This document shows positions 19,203 through 29,168 of a DNA stretch of 62,254 bases, one piece after another. Source of the DNA: Bacteroidales bacterium (lineage in GTDB: Bacteria > Bacteroidota > Bacteroidia > Bacteroidales > ML635J-15); contig JAQVOJ010000003.1 in the NCBI GenBank assembly GCA_028702675.1, forward strand, positions 3,623-65,876, read 5' to 3'. Position 1 is the stretch's first letter. Every line of letters starts with the position of its first letter. The notes below the pieces were generated by a model that saw only the letters and a list, made by a program, of their open reading frames with translations, did not search any database and was not told the origin of the DNA. The translations under genes were made by a program, and so were the position numbers.

Positions 19203-19859
19203 ATGGATAGTTTTAAAATACTAAAAACTCAAGATGGTTCAGCAACGCTGTTCTCTAAAATATTTGGGGAATCATACCATAATATTAATGGTGCTGTTGC
19301 CGAGGCTGTTCATATTTATGCAAATGCTGCATATAAAACTAAAGCTACAAGTATTAATATCCTTGAATTTGGTTATGGTACAGGATTAAATGCTATGATT
19401 ACATATAAATTATTAAAGAATGAAAATAAGTATATTAATTATACAGGTGTCGATATACAGCCTTTGTCAAGTAAGTTGTTAATTGAAATAGGTTATAAAA
19501 AACTGTTAGGTTTAAGTACAAAAGAATATAATAGTTTTACTGAAAGTTGGAATGAAACTTTAACTATAACAGATAATTTTTTGCTCACAAAAATTAGATG
19601 TGATATTCTGAATTTTGATACGTCAAATAGATTTGATCTGGTTTTTTACGATGCTTTTTCACATGATATACAACCCGAATTATGGACAAAAGATTTATTT
19701 GATAGAGTCTTTTCTATGCTGAATGATGGTGCCAGATTATTTACATATAGCTCAAAAGGTCTTGTTAAAAGAAACTTACGTGATGCAGGATTTTTTGTTA
19801 AACGTTTAGCTGGTCCTCCAGGTAAACGTCATATTATAGAGGCACAAAAAGTATTATAG
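19203..19859 (+). CDS. mnmD: tRNA (mnm5s2U34) methyltransferase, stand-alone MnmC methyltransferase domain
   Basis: ILEFGYGTGLNA SAM-binding motif and FYDAFSHDIQPELWT (DAFxP..PELW) motif. Confidence 0.75.
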   Translation: MDSFKILKTQDGSATLFSKIFGESYHNINGAVAEAVHIYANAAYKTKATSINILEFGYGTGLNAMITYKLLKNENKYINYTGVDIQPLSSKLLIEIGYKKLLGLSTKEYNSFTESWNETLTITDNFLLTKIRCDILNFDTSNRFDLVFYDAFSHDIQPELWTKDLFDRVFSMLNDGARLFTYSSKGLVKRNLRDAGFFVKRLAGPPGKRHIIEAQKVL

Positions 19860-19884
19860 ATTTATATTCATTAAGATTTTTTAT

Positions 19885-19892
19885 TATTTTTG
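19885..19892 (+). promoter_or_regulatory. Candidate -7 promoter box TATTTTTG
   Basis: TAnnTTTG match 32 nt upstream of the ATG at 19924. Confidence 0.35.
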
Positions 19893-19923
19893 AAAATTAT
19901 TATAAAAACCACAAATTAATAAA

Positions 19924-22900
19924 ATGATGAAAAACTTAAGATTACTAGTTTCAGCAATAGTGTTATTGTTTGTCTTCAGTGGCTTAGTTGAAGCACAAAC
20001 TGTTGATCCTCTATGCGTTGATGGAAGGATTTACTTTAAAATCAAAGATAATGTAAGTCTAAATGTCGCCTCTCCTAATGGTAAAATTAATCCTAAAGAT
20101 GTTTATTTCTTGCAGGATTTAATTGATGAGTATGGTATTGAGACATTAGAAATGCCTTTTTTTACTGCCGAGAGTGATATTTTGCAACGAACATTTAAAA
20201 TGGATTTCGATGAGTGGGATATGATTGATAATCTTGTTCGCGATTTAAATCAACATGCCGATATTGAATATGCAGAAAAAGCGCCGCTGTTTTTTATTTC
20301 TTCAGTTCCGAACGACCCATATTATGGAGAAGTTACAGGAGGAGGCTTTATGGGGGGCAGCGCCGATGCTAACTGGCATCTTACATTAATTAATGCCGAA
20401 GAAGCTTGGGATATTACTACAGGTAATCCCGAAATAGTTGTTGCTGTTTTAGATAATGCAATTTATGTTGATCATCCTGATTTACAAGGAAAAATTGTTT
20501 CTCAAATTGATTTAGGCAATGGAGATGATGATCCTACACCACCCGACTTTACATATATTTGGTCGCATGGTACACATTCGGCCGGCTTAATTGGTGCTGC
20601 TACTAACAATGGAATTGGAGTAGCTTCAATTGGTTATGATATTAGTATTATGGCAGTAAAGCTTGGTGATGATGCCAGCGATGGACAAGCAATGGCAGCG
20701 GGTTTTGAAGGAATTGTATGGGCAGCCGACAATGGTGCAGATGTTATTAATATGTCGTGGGGTTCTCCAATGTTTTTCCAAACTATGCAAAATACTGTAA
20801 ATTATGCATATAATAAAGGATGTGTAATGGTAGGAGCTGCCGGTAATAATGGTAATGGTTTAGAAACACAAATGAATCCTGATATTCCGGTAAATTATGT
20901 GGGATATCCTGCTGCTCTGCATCATGTTATTGCTGTTGGTTCTTGTGATGTAGGAGATAATAAATCTGACTTTTCAAATTACGGAACATGGATTGATGTT
21001 TTAGCTCCAGGTGGATACTTTGATCCTGGAATTATGGGAATAGGAGCGTTTTCTGTTTTAAGTACAACTGCAAATGAAGCAGGAGATATATTGGGTGCTT
21101 TTAGTGGTACAACAGGTGGTGCCGCAAGCTTTGGAGTAGAAGGACAATATGATGTGATGCAAGGGACTTCTATGGCTGCTCCTGTAACATCCGGTTTGTG
21201 TGGTTTGATACTTTCTGCAAATCCCGATCTTACCCCCGAAGAATTAACTGCAATCCTAAAAAATACTTGTGATAATGTAGATGCTCAAAATTCAGCTTTT
21301 ATCGATAGTATTGGAGCAGGTCGTATTAATGCTGCTGCTGCTGTTCAAGCTGCACATGATTCAATCGCAAGTTTTGTGGCAGATTTTGAAGCTGATGTGG
21401 TTGTAATTCCCGAAGGCGGAACTGTTAATTTTACAGACCTAACAATTGGTACACCTACCGAATGGAGCTGGGAGTTTGAAGGTGGTACGCCTTCTATTAG
21501 TTTTGACCAAAATCCAACTGTAATTTATAATGAAGCTGGTATTTTTCAAGTTACTTTAACTGCAAGTAATGGTACAGATTCTGATGTTGAAATTAAAACT
21601 TACTTCATAATTGTTGGCGCAGGTAGTGGTGGAGCCGAAAGTGCATGGATAGAGCAGCATACTCACTTTGCTGCACAATTCAGAGGTGTGTTTATGGTTG
21701 ATATTGCTGATGAAAATACTGCATGGATACTTACTTATGATGGTACAGGTGGAAGCATAACTCGAGATTTTGCCAGAACTACCGATGCCGGTGAGACTTG
21801 GATTCCTGATACTATAGATGTGGCTGAAAATTTTGCACCTGGCGACATATCTGCTACCGATGGTCAAAATGCATGGCTAGCTGTTTACGATGTTAATGGC
21901 GGTGGAGGTATTTATCGTACTACTGACGGTGGACAAAACTGGACTCATCAATCTACTGCCGCTTACGATGGATCTTCAAGTTTTTGTAACGTTATTCAAA
22001 TGTTTAATGAAAACGAAGGCTATACGATGGGAGACCCCGAAGGAGGTGAATTTGAAATTTATACCACTAGCGACGGTGGCGAAAATTGGACAAGAGTTGA
22101 TGGTGCAAATATTCCTGATCCTGAATCTAACGAAATGGGATGGACGGGTGTAAAAGATGCAGTGGGAAACACATCATGGTTTGGTTCAAGTACTGGAAGA
22201 ATTTTCCGTACTCAGGATAAAGGACAGACATGGGAAGCTTTTGATACCGGCGAAGATAACGTAAGTAGAATATCTTTCTGGGACGAAGATAATGGTGTTA
22301 TTATTTGTCAGGTAATAGACCAAAATACAGGGCAGGTTACAAGTTGGAGTATGAGAATAACATCTGATGGTGGCGAAACATGGAGTAACATAAGTATTGA
22401 TGAAGAAAATCAGTTATCCGATGTGTCGGCTGTACCCGGTAGTTTAGGAATGCTTGTAGGTGTTAAGATTTCTCAAAATGTTCCCGAAAACTTTTCCGCA
22501 TATAGCATGGATTTTGGAACTTCTTGGGAAATATTGGACGATAGCGTACAATACACTTGTGTACAAATGATGAATGAAAATGTAGGATGGGCAGGCGGTT
22601 TTAATTTGGATGCTCAAACCAGTGGTATCTATAAATGGGCCGGTGGTGGAGTTGGTGGACTTCATTTTAGCTCTTCACCAGTTACCGAAGTTGACGAAAT
22701 GGATACATATACATATAACATCGAAGCAGAAGATACCGAAGGATTAGATATTACCATAGAGGGGATCGATATTCCTGAATGGTTAACTATTACCGACAAT
22801 GGAGATGGAACAGCATTGCTTACCGGAACAGCTCCAGAAGTAAGCGAGCCGGTAGAATCATTTAGTGTGGAAATTCAAGCAAACACTAGTGAAGAATCTG

Positions 22901-23748
22901 TACAACAATCTTTTACAATAAATGTAAATACAATAAATCAAGCTCCTGAATTTACAAGTACACCGGAATTAAACCATGTAACTTATGTACTTTACGAATA
23001 TAATGTTACAAGTCTTGACCCAGACGATGACCCTGTAACGCTTACTGCTACTACACTTCCAAGTTGGGCTACATTTACTGACAATGGAGACGGAACCGGT
23101 TATTTGAGTGGTACTCCTACAACTACTAGTATACTAGGGTTTCAAGTTGTACTCTCAGTTAGCGATGGAATGTTTGAAACTACTCAGTCATTTAGAGTAA
23201 AAGTTACAGAAAATACCGATAACATTGCTCCTTACTTTACAAGTACGCCTATAGAAAGTCATGTAACTGATGTGTTATACGAATATAATATTACTGCCGA
23301 AGATCAAAATGATGATGATTTATATATAACGGCTTCAATATTACCCGAATGGGCTAGCTTAGTAGATTATGGAGATGGTACAGCTATTCTTTCTGGTACA
23401 CCTACCGAAGTTAATACCACTGGATACGAAGTTGAGCTTAAGGTAAGCGATGGTGAATTGGAAGATGTACAAAGCTTTTTCATTCACGTAGAACAAAATA
23501 GCATCTCCGATTTTGGAATGGGTAAGATTATTATTTATCCTAATCCTGTGGCAAATATTCTTTATATTACTAATGCTCAGGGCTTAGATTATAAAGTTTT
23601 TAATGTGGCTGGTAAGTGTGTAAAATCGGGTATTATTAACTCAAGTGCACAAGGAATTAGCTTATCAGAATTTGCTGATGGAGAATATATCTTGAAAATA
23701 TTTGATAAAGAAAGAGTTGCTAGTTATAAGATTAATAAAGTAAAATAA
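19924..23748 (+). CDS. Secreted S8 subtilisin-like protease with PKD, BNR/sortilin-type propeller repeats, three cadherin-like repeats and a T9SS type A CTD
   Basis: Catalytic triad motifs VAVLDNA (Asp), HGTHSAG (His) and GTSMAAPV (Ser). Repeated T(T/S)DGG(Q/E)NW motifs. Three roughly 100-aa repeats (...DNGDGT..L.GTP...). C-terminal IIYPNPVANILYI...YKINKVK. Confidence 0.88.
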   Translation: MMKNLRLLVSAIVLLFVFSGLVEAQTVDPLCVDGRIYFKIKDNVSLNVASPNGKINPKDVYFLQDLIDEYGIETLEMPFFTAESDILQRTFKMDFDEWDMIDNLVRDLNQHADIEYAEKAPLFFISSVPNDPYYGEVTGGGFMGGSADANWHLTLINAEEAWDITTGNPEIVVAVLDNAIYVDHPDLQGKIVSQIDLGNGDDDPTPPDFTYIWSHGTHSAGLIGAATNNGIGVASIGYDISIMAVKLGDDASDGQAMAAGFEGIVWAADNGADVINMSWGSPMFFQTMQNTVNYAYNKGCVMVGAAGNNGNGLETQMNPDIPVNYVGYPAALHHVIAVGSCDVGDNKSDFSNYGTWIDVLAPGGYFDPGIMGIGAFSVLSTTANEAGDILGAFSGTTGGAASFGVEGQYDVMQGTSMAAPVTSGLCGLILSANPDLTPEELTAILKNTCDNVDAQNSAFIDSIGAGRINAAAAVQAAHDSIASFVADFEADVVVIPEGGTVNFTDLTIGTPTEWSWEFEGGTPSISFDQNPTVIYNEAGIFQVTLTASNGTDSDVEIKTYFIIVGAGSGGAESAWIEQHTHFAAQFRGVFMVDIADENTAWILTYDGTGGSITRDFARTTDAGETWIPDTIDVAENFAPGDISATDGQNAWLAVYDVNGGGGIYRTTDGGQNWTHQSTAAYDGSSSFCNVIQMFNENEGYTMGDPEGGEFEIYTTSDGGENWTRVDGANIPDPESNEMGWTGVKDAVGNTSWFGSSTGRIFRTQDKGQTWEAFDTGEDNVSRISFWDEDNGVIICQVIDQNTGQVTSWSMRITSDGGETWSNISIDEENQLSDVSAVPGSLGMLVGVKISQNVPENFSAYSMDFGTSWEILDDSVQYTCVQMMNENVGWAGGFNLDAQTSGIYKWAGGGVGGLHFSSSPVTEVDEMDTYTYNIEAEDTEGLDITIEGIDIPEWLTITDNGDGTALLTGTAPEVSEPVESFSVEIQANTSEESVQQSFTINVNTINQAPEFTSTPELNHVTYVLYEYNVTSLDPDDDPVTLTATTLPSWATFTDNGDGTGYLSGTPTTTSILGFQVVLSVSDGMFETTQSFRVKVTENTDNIAPYFTSTPIESHVTDVLYEYNITAEDQNDDDLYITASILPEWASLVDYGDGTAILSGTPTEVNTTGYEVELKVSDGELEDVQSFFIHVEQNSISDFGMGKIIIYPNPVANILYITNAQGLDYKVFNVAGKCVKSGIINSSAQGISLSEFADGEYILKIFDKERVASYKINKVK

Positions 23749-23756
23749 TAAAAAAA

Positions 23757-23786
23757 GTTCCCTGTTTGTTCAGGGAACTTCCTTTT
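23757..23786 (+). terminator. Rho-independent terminator after the S8 protease gene
   Basis: GTTCCCTG-TTTGTT-CAGGGAAC hairpin followed by TTCCTTTT. Confidence 0.75.
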
Positions 23787-24404
23787 ATGGAATTGCATGA
23801 AATTATACAGCTTTTATCTATTAGTATAGTAGTTACCGGCATTTTTTTGCGTACTCGAAAACAACGAACCTTAGTAATTATTTTGGGATTGGTTGGTTTG
23901 ATGTTTGGTTTTTATATGTTACCAAATATGGGGGGCATAATTTTTAGTTTCGTTATACTCTGCTATGTAATTATTAAGTATTATATAAGTAGAAAAAAAA
24001 TAAGCCAAATAAATATTATAGAAGTTACACAAGACGACAACTATCTTAACAAGTTCCTGCATTATTATAAAAAAGAATTGTACAATTTCTTCCCATTGTA
24101 CGAGCAGTCTTATAACGACAGAGTATTTTTTCTGATAAGAGAAATGAATGTAGCAGGAATTCTTATTGTTAAAATCAATGGTAGTGAAATGATTATTGAA
24201 TTAGACTTTATTAAACCTGAATACAGAGATTTTGAAATAGGAAATTACATATATAACAGAAATACAGGATATTTTAAAAAATTAGGAGTGTCAAAAATAT
24301 TAGCTAAATCTTTTCACAAAAAGCACAGTAAGTATTTAATAAGGATGGGGTTTAAGCAAACTCTTATTAATGAGCAATTGTTCTTTGTTAAAAATATTGA
24401 TTAA
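23787..24404 (+). CDS. Membrane protein with a C-terminal GNAT-like domain (putative)
   Basis: The start is moved to the ATG at 23787 because the TTG-extended ORF (23766) begins inside the upstream terminator hairpin. Two or three N-terminal TM helices. The C-terminal half loosely resembles an acetyltransferase fold. Confidence 0.5.
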   Translation: MELHEIIQLLSISIVVTGIFLRTRKQRTLVIILGLVGLMFGFYMLPNMGGIIFSFVILCYVIIKYYISRKKISQINIIEVTQDDNYLNKFLHYYKKELYNFFPLYEQSYNDRVFFLIREMNVAGILIVKINGSEMIIELDFIKPEYRDFEIGNYIYNRNTGYFKKLGVSKILAKSFHKKHSKYLIRMGFKQTLINEQLFFVKNID

Positions 24405-24473
24405 TCTCATTTTTGACTTACTAAATCCATAATTATTCGTTATAGTATTAAAGGATTGTGTAATTTTGCAAAA

Positions 24474-26006
24474 ATGAGGATCAAATTTTACATCTTGATA
24501 TTGTCTGGCGTGTTGTTCTTAACACCCTTACATGTTTATTCGCAGCTTGATATACCCGATCCTCCCGAGTTGTTGTCGGTAAGTGTAGATACTGAAAGTG
24601 AAACCGATAATGTTATAATTAATTGGTTGCCAAGCGATTCTATCGACGTAGAAGGGTATATAATATATCAAGTATTGGGCGGTATTACAGAAACATTAGA
24701 TACAGTTTACGGCAGACTATCGGTATCTTACATTAATTATAATTCTAATGCTTCTAACAATATAGAAACATATCGATTAGCTGCGTTTGATACTTTAGAA
24801 TATAAAAGTATGATTACGACACCTCATACAACAATGCGTTTAGTTGCCGATTTTGAACAATGTGCATACGAATTAAACCTTAGTTGGAGTCCTTATGTAG
24901 GTTGGGAAGACGGTGTTAGTGAATATAGAGTGTATAGAAAAAAGGCTAATGGTTCTTACACAATGATTGGAATTACAGAAAGCGATCAAACTTCATATAT
25001 CGATGGATCGGTATTGCCTAATAGTAACTATAGCTATTATATAGAGGCAATTAATAAAAATGATGTAAGTGCAACTTCAAATTGTGTATATGCATTTACC
25101 GAAACATATTTACCTCCAGAATTTATTAATGCCGATTATGCCAGTGTAATTGATAATTCTGTAGAGTTGAGTTTTACAATAGGACAAGGTGGTGAAATTT
25201 TGGAGTTTAGATTATTAAAATCTCCCCAAAAAAATTCAAATTATTATCAAATTGCCAGCTTTATAAATTCAGGACAGTCGCATATTACATATACCGATAC
25301 CGATGTGCAAGTTGATAAATCCAAGTTTTATTATAAATTGGTTTCTGTTGATCCTTGTGGAAATATTTCTAAAGAGTCAAATATTGCATCAAATATAGTT
25401 TTAAATATTAGTGGTGATGGTAATCTTTATTTGAATCATTATTTAGAATGGACCGAATACGAAGATTATAATGGAGGTGTTGATTCTTACCGAATATATC
25501 GTGCTTTTACCGAAGGCACACCTGTGTTATTGTATCAAACCGGATATACAAGTAATAGCTTTGTAGATAATATTTCATGGTATGTTAGATATTTGCATGA
25601 TGGAAATCAGTATGTGCCCGAGAAGTATTGTTATATAGTTGAAGCTGTTGAAAATGCAAACCATAATGAGTATGGACAGCAAGGAATAAGCCGCTCAAAT
25701 AAAGTATGCTATAATCAAAAACCATTAGTTTGGTTTCCAAATGTATTTAATCCAGGTAGCTACAATGATATTAATCGTGAATTTAAACCTGTATTGTCAT
25801 TTGTTTCTTCGAAGCAGTACGAGTTTATTATTTACGACAGAGCCGGATTAGAAATCTTCAAAACAAATGATCCTACAGAAGGTTGGAATGGTATATTAGG
25901 GACTAAGAGAGCTCCCGACGAAACATATATTTACTTTGTTAGATATACTGATTTCGATAATAAGGAATATATCCATACAGGAAAATTTTTATTGATAACT
26001 AAGTAA
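24474..26006 (+). CDS. FN3-repeat surface protein with a T9SS type B (gliding-motility-associated) C-terminal domain
   Basis: Signal peptide MRIKFYILILSGVLFLTPLHVYSQ. The C-terminus FPNVFNPGS..ND.NREFKP...FIIYDRAGLEIF...GWNG...YIYFVRY...GKFLLI matches the type B CTD pattern. ATG at 24474 is preferred over TTG at 24456. Confidence 0.8.
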   Translation: MRIKFYILILSGVLFLTPLHVYSQLDIPDPPELLSVSVDTESETDNVIINWLPSDSIDVEGYIIYQVLGGITETLDTVYGRLSVSYINYNSNASNNIETYRLAAFDTLEYKSMITTPHTTMRLVADFEQCAYELNLSWSPYVGWEDGVSEYRVYRKKANGSYTMIGITESDQTSYIDGSVLPNSNYSYYIEAINKNDVSATSNCVYAFTETYLPPEFINADYASVIDNSVELSFTIGQGGEILEFRLLKSPQKNSNYYQIASFINSGQSHITYTDTDVQVDKSKFYYKLVSVDPCGNISKESNIASNIVLNISGDGNLYLNHYLEWTEYEDYNGGVDSYRIYRAFTEGTPVLLYQTGYTSNSFVDNISWYVRYLHDGNQYVPEKYCYIVEAVENANHNEYGQQGISRSNKVCYNQKPLVWFPNVFNPGSYNDINREFKPVLSFVSSKQYEFIIYDRAGLEIFKTNDPTEGWNGILGTKRAPDETYIYFVRYTDFDNKEYIHTGKFLLITK

Positions 26007-26090
26007 TATCTTTATTTATTTTCTTGAAAAAATCTGATGTAATCCACAGGATATTTGGTAATTTTACACTTTTCATGCGAAAAAGTTTCT

Positions 26091-28289
26091 ATGCTAACAG
26101 AAAAGGAAAAAGTAGATATTGAATTACAGTACGAACAGATACTGAATCTGTGTGTACGTTGCCAAAACGATGAGGCAAAAGCCATTATTCGTAAGGCTTT
26201 TGATTTAGGTAATCAGGCTCACGAAAGCATGAGACGTAAATCAGGTGAGCCATATTTTACCCACCCTGTTGCTGTTGCAAAAATTGTTGCCGGAGAAATT
26301 GGGTTAGGCACAAAATCTATAGTTTGTGCTTTGCTTCACGATGTTGTAGAAGATACAGATTATACGATTGAAGATATACGTAAACTTTTTGGCGATACTA
26401 TTGCCAATATTATAGATGGTTTAACAAAAATTTCTAATGTTCTTGATAAAGATGCTTCGCTGCAAGCCGAGAATTTTAGAAAAATGCTATTAACTATTTC
26501 CGAAGATATCAGAGTAGTTTTAATCAAGCTTGCCGACCGTCTTCATAACATGAGGACTCTAGATTCTATGCCTGAGTATAAGCAAGTTAAGATTGCTGGT
26601 GAGACGGTTTATTTATATGCTCCATTAGCCCATCGGCTTGGTTTATATGGTATTAAAACAGAACTTGAAGACTTAGCTCTAAAATATGAGCATCCCTTAA
26701 TTTACAATATAATAGAGAAAAAAGTAAAAGATAGTGAATTAGAACGTAATAGATATATCGACAGTTTTATTGCCCCAATCGAGAAAAAGCTTAAATCGAA
26801 TAGAATAAAATCTTCAATCTCAGGACGACCAAAATCTATTTATTCTATTTGGCGAAAAATGGATAAAAAAAATGTTGAGTTTGAGGAGATATACGACATT
26901 TTTGCTGTAAGAATTGTTTTTGAGGCTGATGACGATTCAGACGAAAAAGTTTTATGTTGGACAATCTACTCACTTATTACCGACATATATCAACCAAACG
27001 AAAACCGTATTAGAGATTGGGTCACCAAACCAAAAGCTAATGGTTACGAAGCTCTTCATGTTACAGTAATGGGGCCCGAGGGTAGATGGGTAGAAGTGCA
27101 AATCCGTTCTGAAAGAATGGATGAAATTGCAGAAAGGGGTTATGCTGCTCACTGGAGATATAAAAACCACGATAATTCAGAAAGCCAACTTGATAATTGG
27201 TTAGAAACAGTAAAAGATCATTTAAAAAGTTCTACAAATGATGCATTAGATTTTCTTGATGAGTTTAAAATGAATTTATTTGCATCAGAGATTTATGTAT
27301 TTACACCCAAAGGTAAACTTGTCCGAATGCCAAATGGTGCTTCGGCTATCGATTTTGCTTACGAAATTCATACAGAAGTAGGTAACCATGCTATTGCTGC
27401 AAAAGTTAATCACCAACTACGACCACTTTCGCAAGAACTAAAAAGTGGAGACCAGGTAGAAATTATTACTTCTGAACAAAGTGAACCTAAACGTGAGTGG
27501 TTGCATTTTGCAGTTACATCACGTGCTAAATCTAAAATCAAAAATGCCCTAAAGGATAAGCGAAGACATAATATCGAAAAAGGACAAAAAATGTTTATCG
27601 ATAAAATAAAGGAAATGAAATATCCTTTAGACCATAAAACATTTAAACAATTACGAGTGCAATATGACTCAATTAATAAAGAAGAATTTTACAGACGCAT
27701 TGGTTATGGAGTAATCCAGCTCGACGATATCGAAAAACAATTGCCTCGCAAAAAACGTGGTACATTGAGTAATTTTTGGAGATTATCATTTAAAAAATCT
27801 AAACCACATGAGCAAAAATCAATAGATAAAAGAAAGGCTTATGTGCTCGAAGAAAATGAATATGAGAGTAATTATACTCTCGCTACATGCTGTAATCCGA
27901 TACCCGGAGATGATGTTATGGGCTTTATTAATACAAACAATTCGGTAATTATTCACAAAAAAACATGCCCACATGCAATAGATTTAATGGCAAAACAGGG
28001 TGATAGAATTGTTACTGTTATGTGGCAAACACATAAGTTGTTGTCATTTTTAGCTAGAATAAAAATTGAGGGAATCGATAGAATTGGTATGGTTAATAAT
28101 ATAACAAATATTATTTCTGCCGAGGCTAATGTTAATATGAAATCTGTAAGCTTTAATACTAACGATGAAATATTTTATGGTGACATTCAGCTCTTTGTTA
28201 GAGATAGAGACGATTTGGATCAATTAATTAGTAAAATTATCCGAATTAAAGGTGTTAATCAGGTTACTAGAATCGAAGAAAATGAATAA
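26091..28289 (+). CDS. rel: Bifunctional (p)ppGpp synthetase/hydrolase, RelA/SpoT family
   Basis: HD hydrolase motif (HDVVEDT), synthetase core (YSIWRKM, YEALH), TGS and ACT domains. ATG at 26091 is preferred over TTG at 26055. Confidence 0.92.
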   Translation: MLTEKEKVDIELQYEQILNLCVRCQNDEAKAIIRKAFDLGNQAHESMRRKSGEPYFTHPVAVAKIVAGEIGLGTKSIVCALLHDVVEDTDYTIEDIRKLFGDTIANIIDGLTKISNVLDKDASLQAENFRKMLLTISEDIRVVLIKLADRLHNMRTLDSMPEYKQVKIAGETVYLYAPLAHRLGLYGIKTELEDLALKYEHPLIYNIIEKKVKDSELERNRYIDSFIAPIEKKLKSNRIKSSISGRPKSIYSIWRKMDKKNVEFEEIYDIFAVRIVFEADDDSDEKVLCWTIYSLITDIYQPNENRIRDWVTKPKANGYEALHVTVMGPEGRWVEVQIRSERMDEIAERGYAAHWRYKNHDNSESQLDNWLETVKDHLKSSTNDALDFLDEFKMNLFASEIYVFTPKGKLVRMPNGASAIDFAYEIHTEVGNHAIAAKVNHQLRPLSQELKSGDQVEIITSEQSEPKREWLHFAVTSRAKSKIKNALKDKRRHNIEKGQKMFIDKIKEMKYPLDHKTFKQLRVQYDSINKEEFYRRIGYGVIQLDDIEKQLPRKKRGTLSNFWRLSFKKSKPHEQKSIDKRKAYVLEENEYESNYTLATCCNPIPGDDVMGFINTNNSVIIHKKTCPHAIDLMAKQGDRIVTVMWQTHKLLSFLARIKIEGIDRIGMVNNITNIISAEANVNMKSVSFNTNDEIFYGDIQLFVRDRDDLDQLISKIIRIKGVNQVTRIEENE

Positions 28290-29163
28290 TATGGATAAAT
28301 CAGAAATTCAAGCAATAATAAAACTTGTTGACGACCCTGACCCAAAAGTGTTTAAAGATGTTTCTAAAATAATTATTGAAAAGGGAAATCAATTTGTTCC
28401 TTTTCTCGAAGAATCATGGGTATATAATTCAAATATTGAATATCAAGACCGAATTCAGTATTTACTTGAGCAAATTCAAATTAAGGATAGTGCTAATAAT
28501 ATTAAAAAATGGAAACAAAACCCTAATCGGGATATCTTGGATTTAATTACTATTATTGAAAAAACAGTTTTAATGCATGATGATTTTCTTGATATTAAAC
28601 AAAGAATAGAATTATTGAATAAGGAGATATGGTTAGATTTGAATAATAATTTTACAGCTATCGAAAAACTCAAAATAATTAATTATCATATTTTTGTTAA
28701 AAATAATTTTAAATCTGTTGACACTATAAGTACTAATAGCTTGTTGTTTAGTAGTTTTCTTGACACTAAGCAGGTTTTTGTTTTTATGTTAGGATTAGTG
28801 TATGAGTATTTATGTGAAAAAAATAATATTTCTGTTAGATTAATCAATACTCCGAATTTAGTTTTGTTGGCTTACTTTGATGAGATAACTGCTTCTATTG
28901 CATTTGCTACAGAAGATCATCATAATATTGTTTGTTTTGTACATCCCTCGCAAAATGGATTAATTATAGGGAGAAATATAGTTGATGATTATTATGAAAA
29001 GAATGCAATTACAGCAAAACCCGAGCATTTTAAACCACTTACCGATATAGAACGAGGGCTAATTATTATCGATTTTCATATACAAGCGATTAAGAATAAC
29101 CCCAAATCCAAAATAATTAAAGGTTTTTTAGAAGAGATAAAAAATGAATTGATTAAAGCATAG
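28282..29163 (+). CDS. Conserved hypothetical protein
   Basis: About 290-aa ORF overlapping the rel stop (ATGAATAA). An alternative ATG lies at 28291. I recognise no motif. Confidence 0.6.
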   Translation: MNNMDKSEIQAIIKLVDDPDPKVFKDVSKIIIEKGNQFVPFLEESWVYNSNIEYQDRIQYLLEQIQIKDSANNIKKWKQNPNRDILDLITIIEKTVLMHDDFLDIKQRIELLNKEIWLDLNNNFTAIEKLKIINYHIFVKNNFKSVDTISTNSLLFSSFLDTKQVFVFMLGLVYEYLCEKNNISVRLINTPNLVLLAYFDEITASIAFATEDHHNIVCFVHPSQNGLIIGRNIVDDYYEKNAITAKPEHFKPLTDIERGLIIIDFHIQAIKNNPKSKIIKGFLEEIKNELIKA

Positions 29164-29168
29164 TAAGC

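Noticed and set aside
26055-26090. TTG-extended N-termini in the ORF track for rel (26055), and likewise at 23766, 24456, 32128, 34062, 39084, 44958, 47367, 50334, 54229 and 59050.
   Set aside because: In each case a downstream ATG gives a canonical N-terminus or signal peptide. The extension would overlap a terminator, a promoter box or the neighbouring gene.
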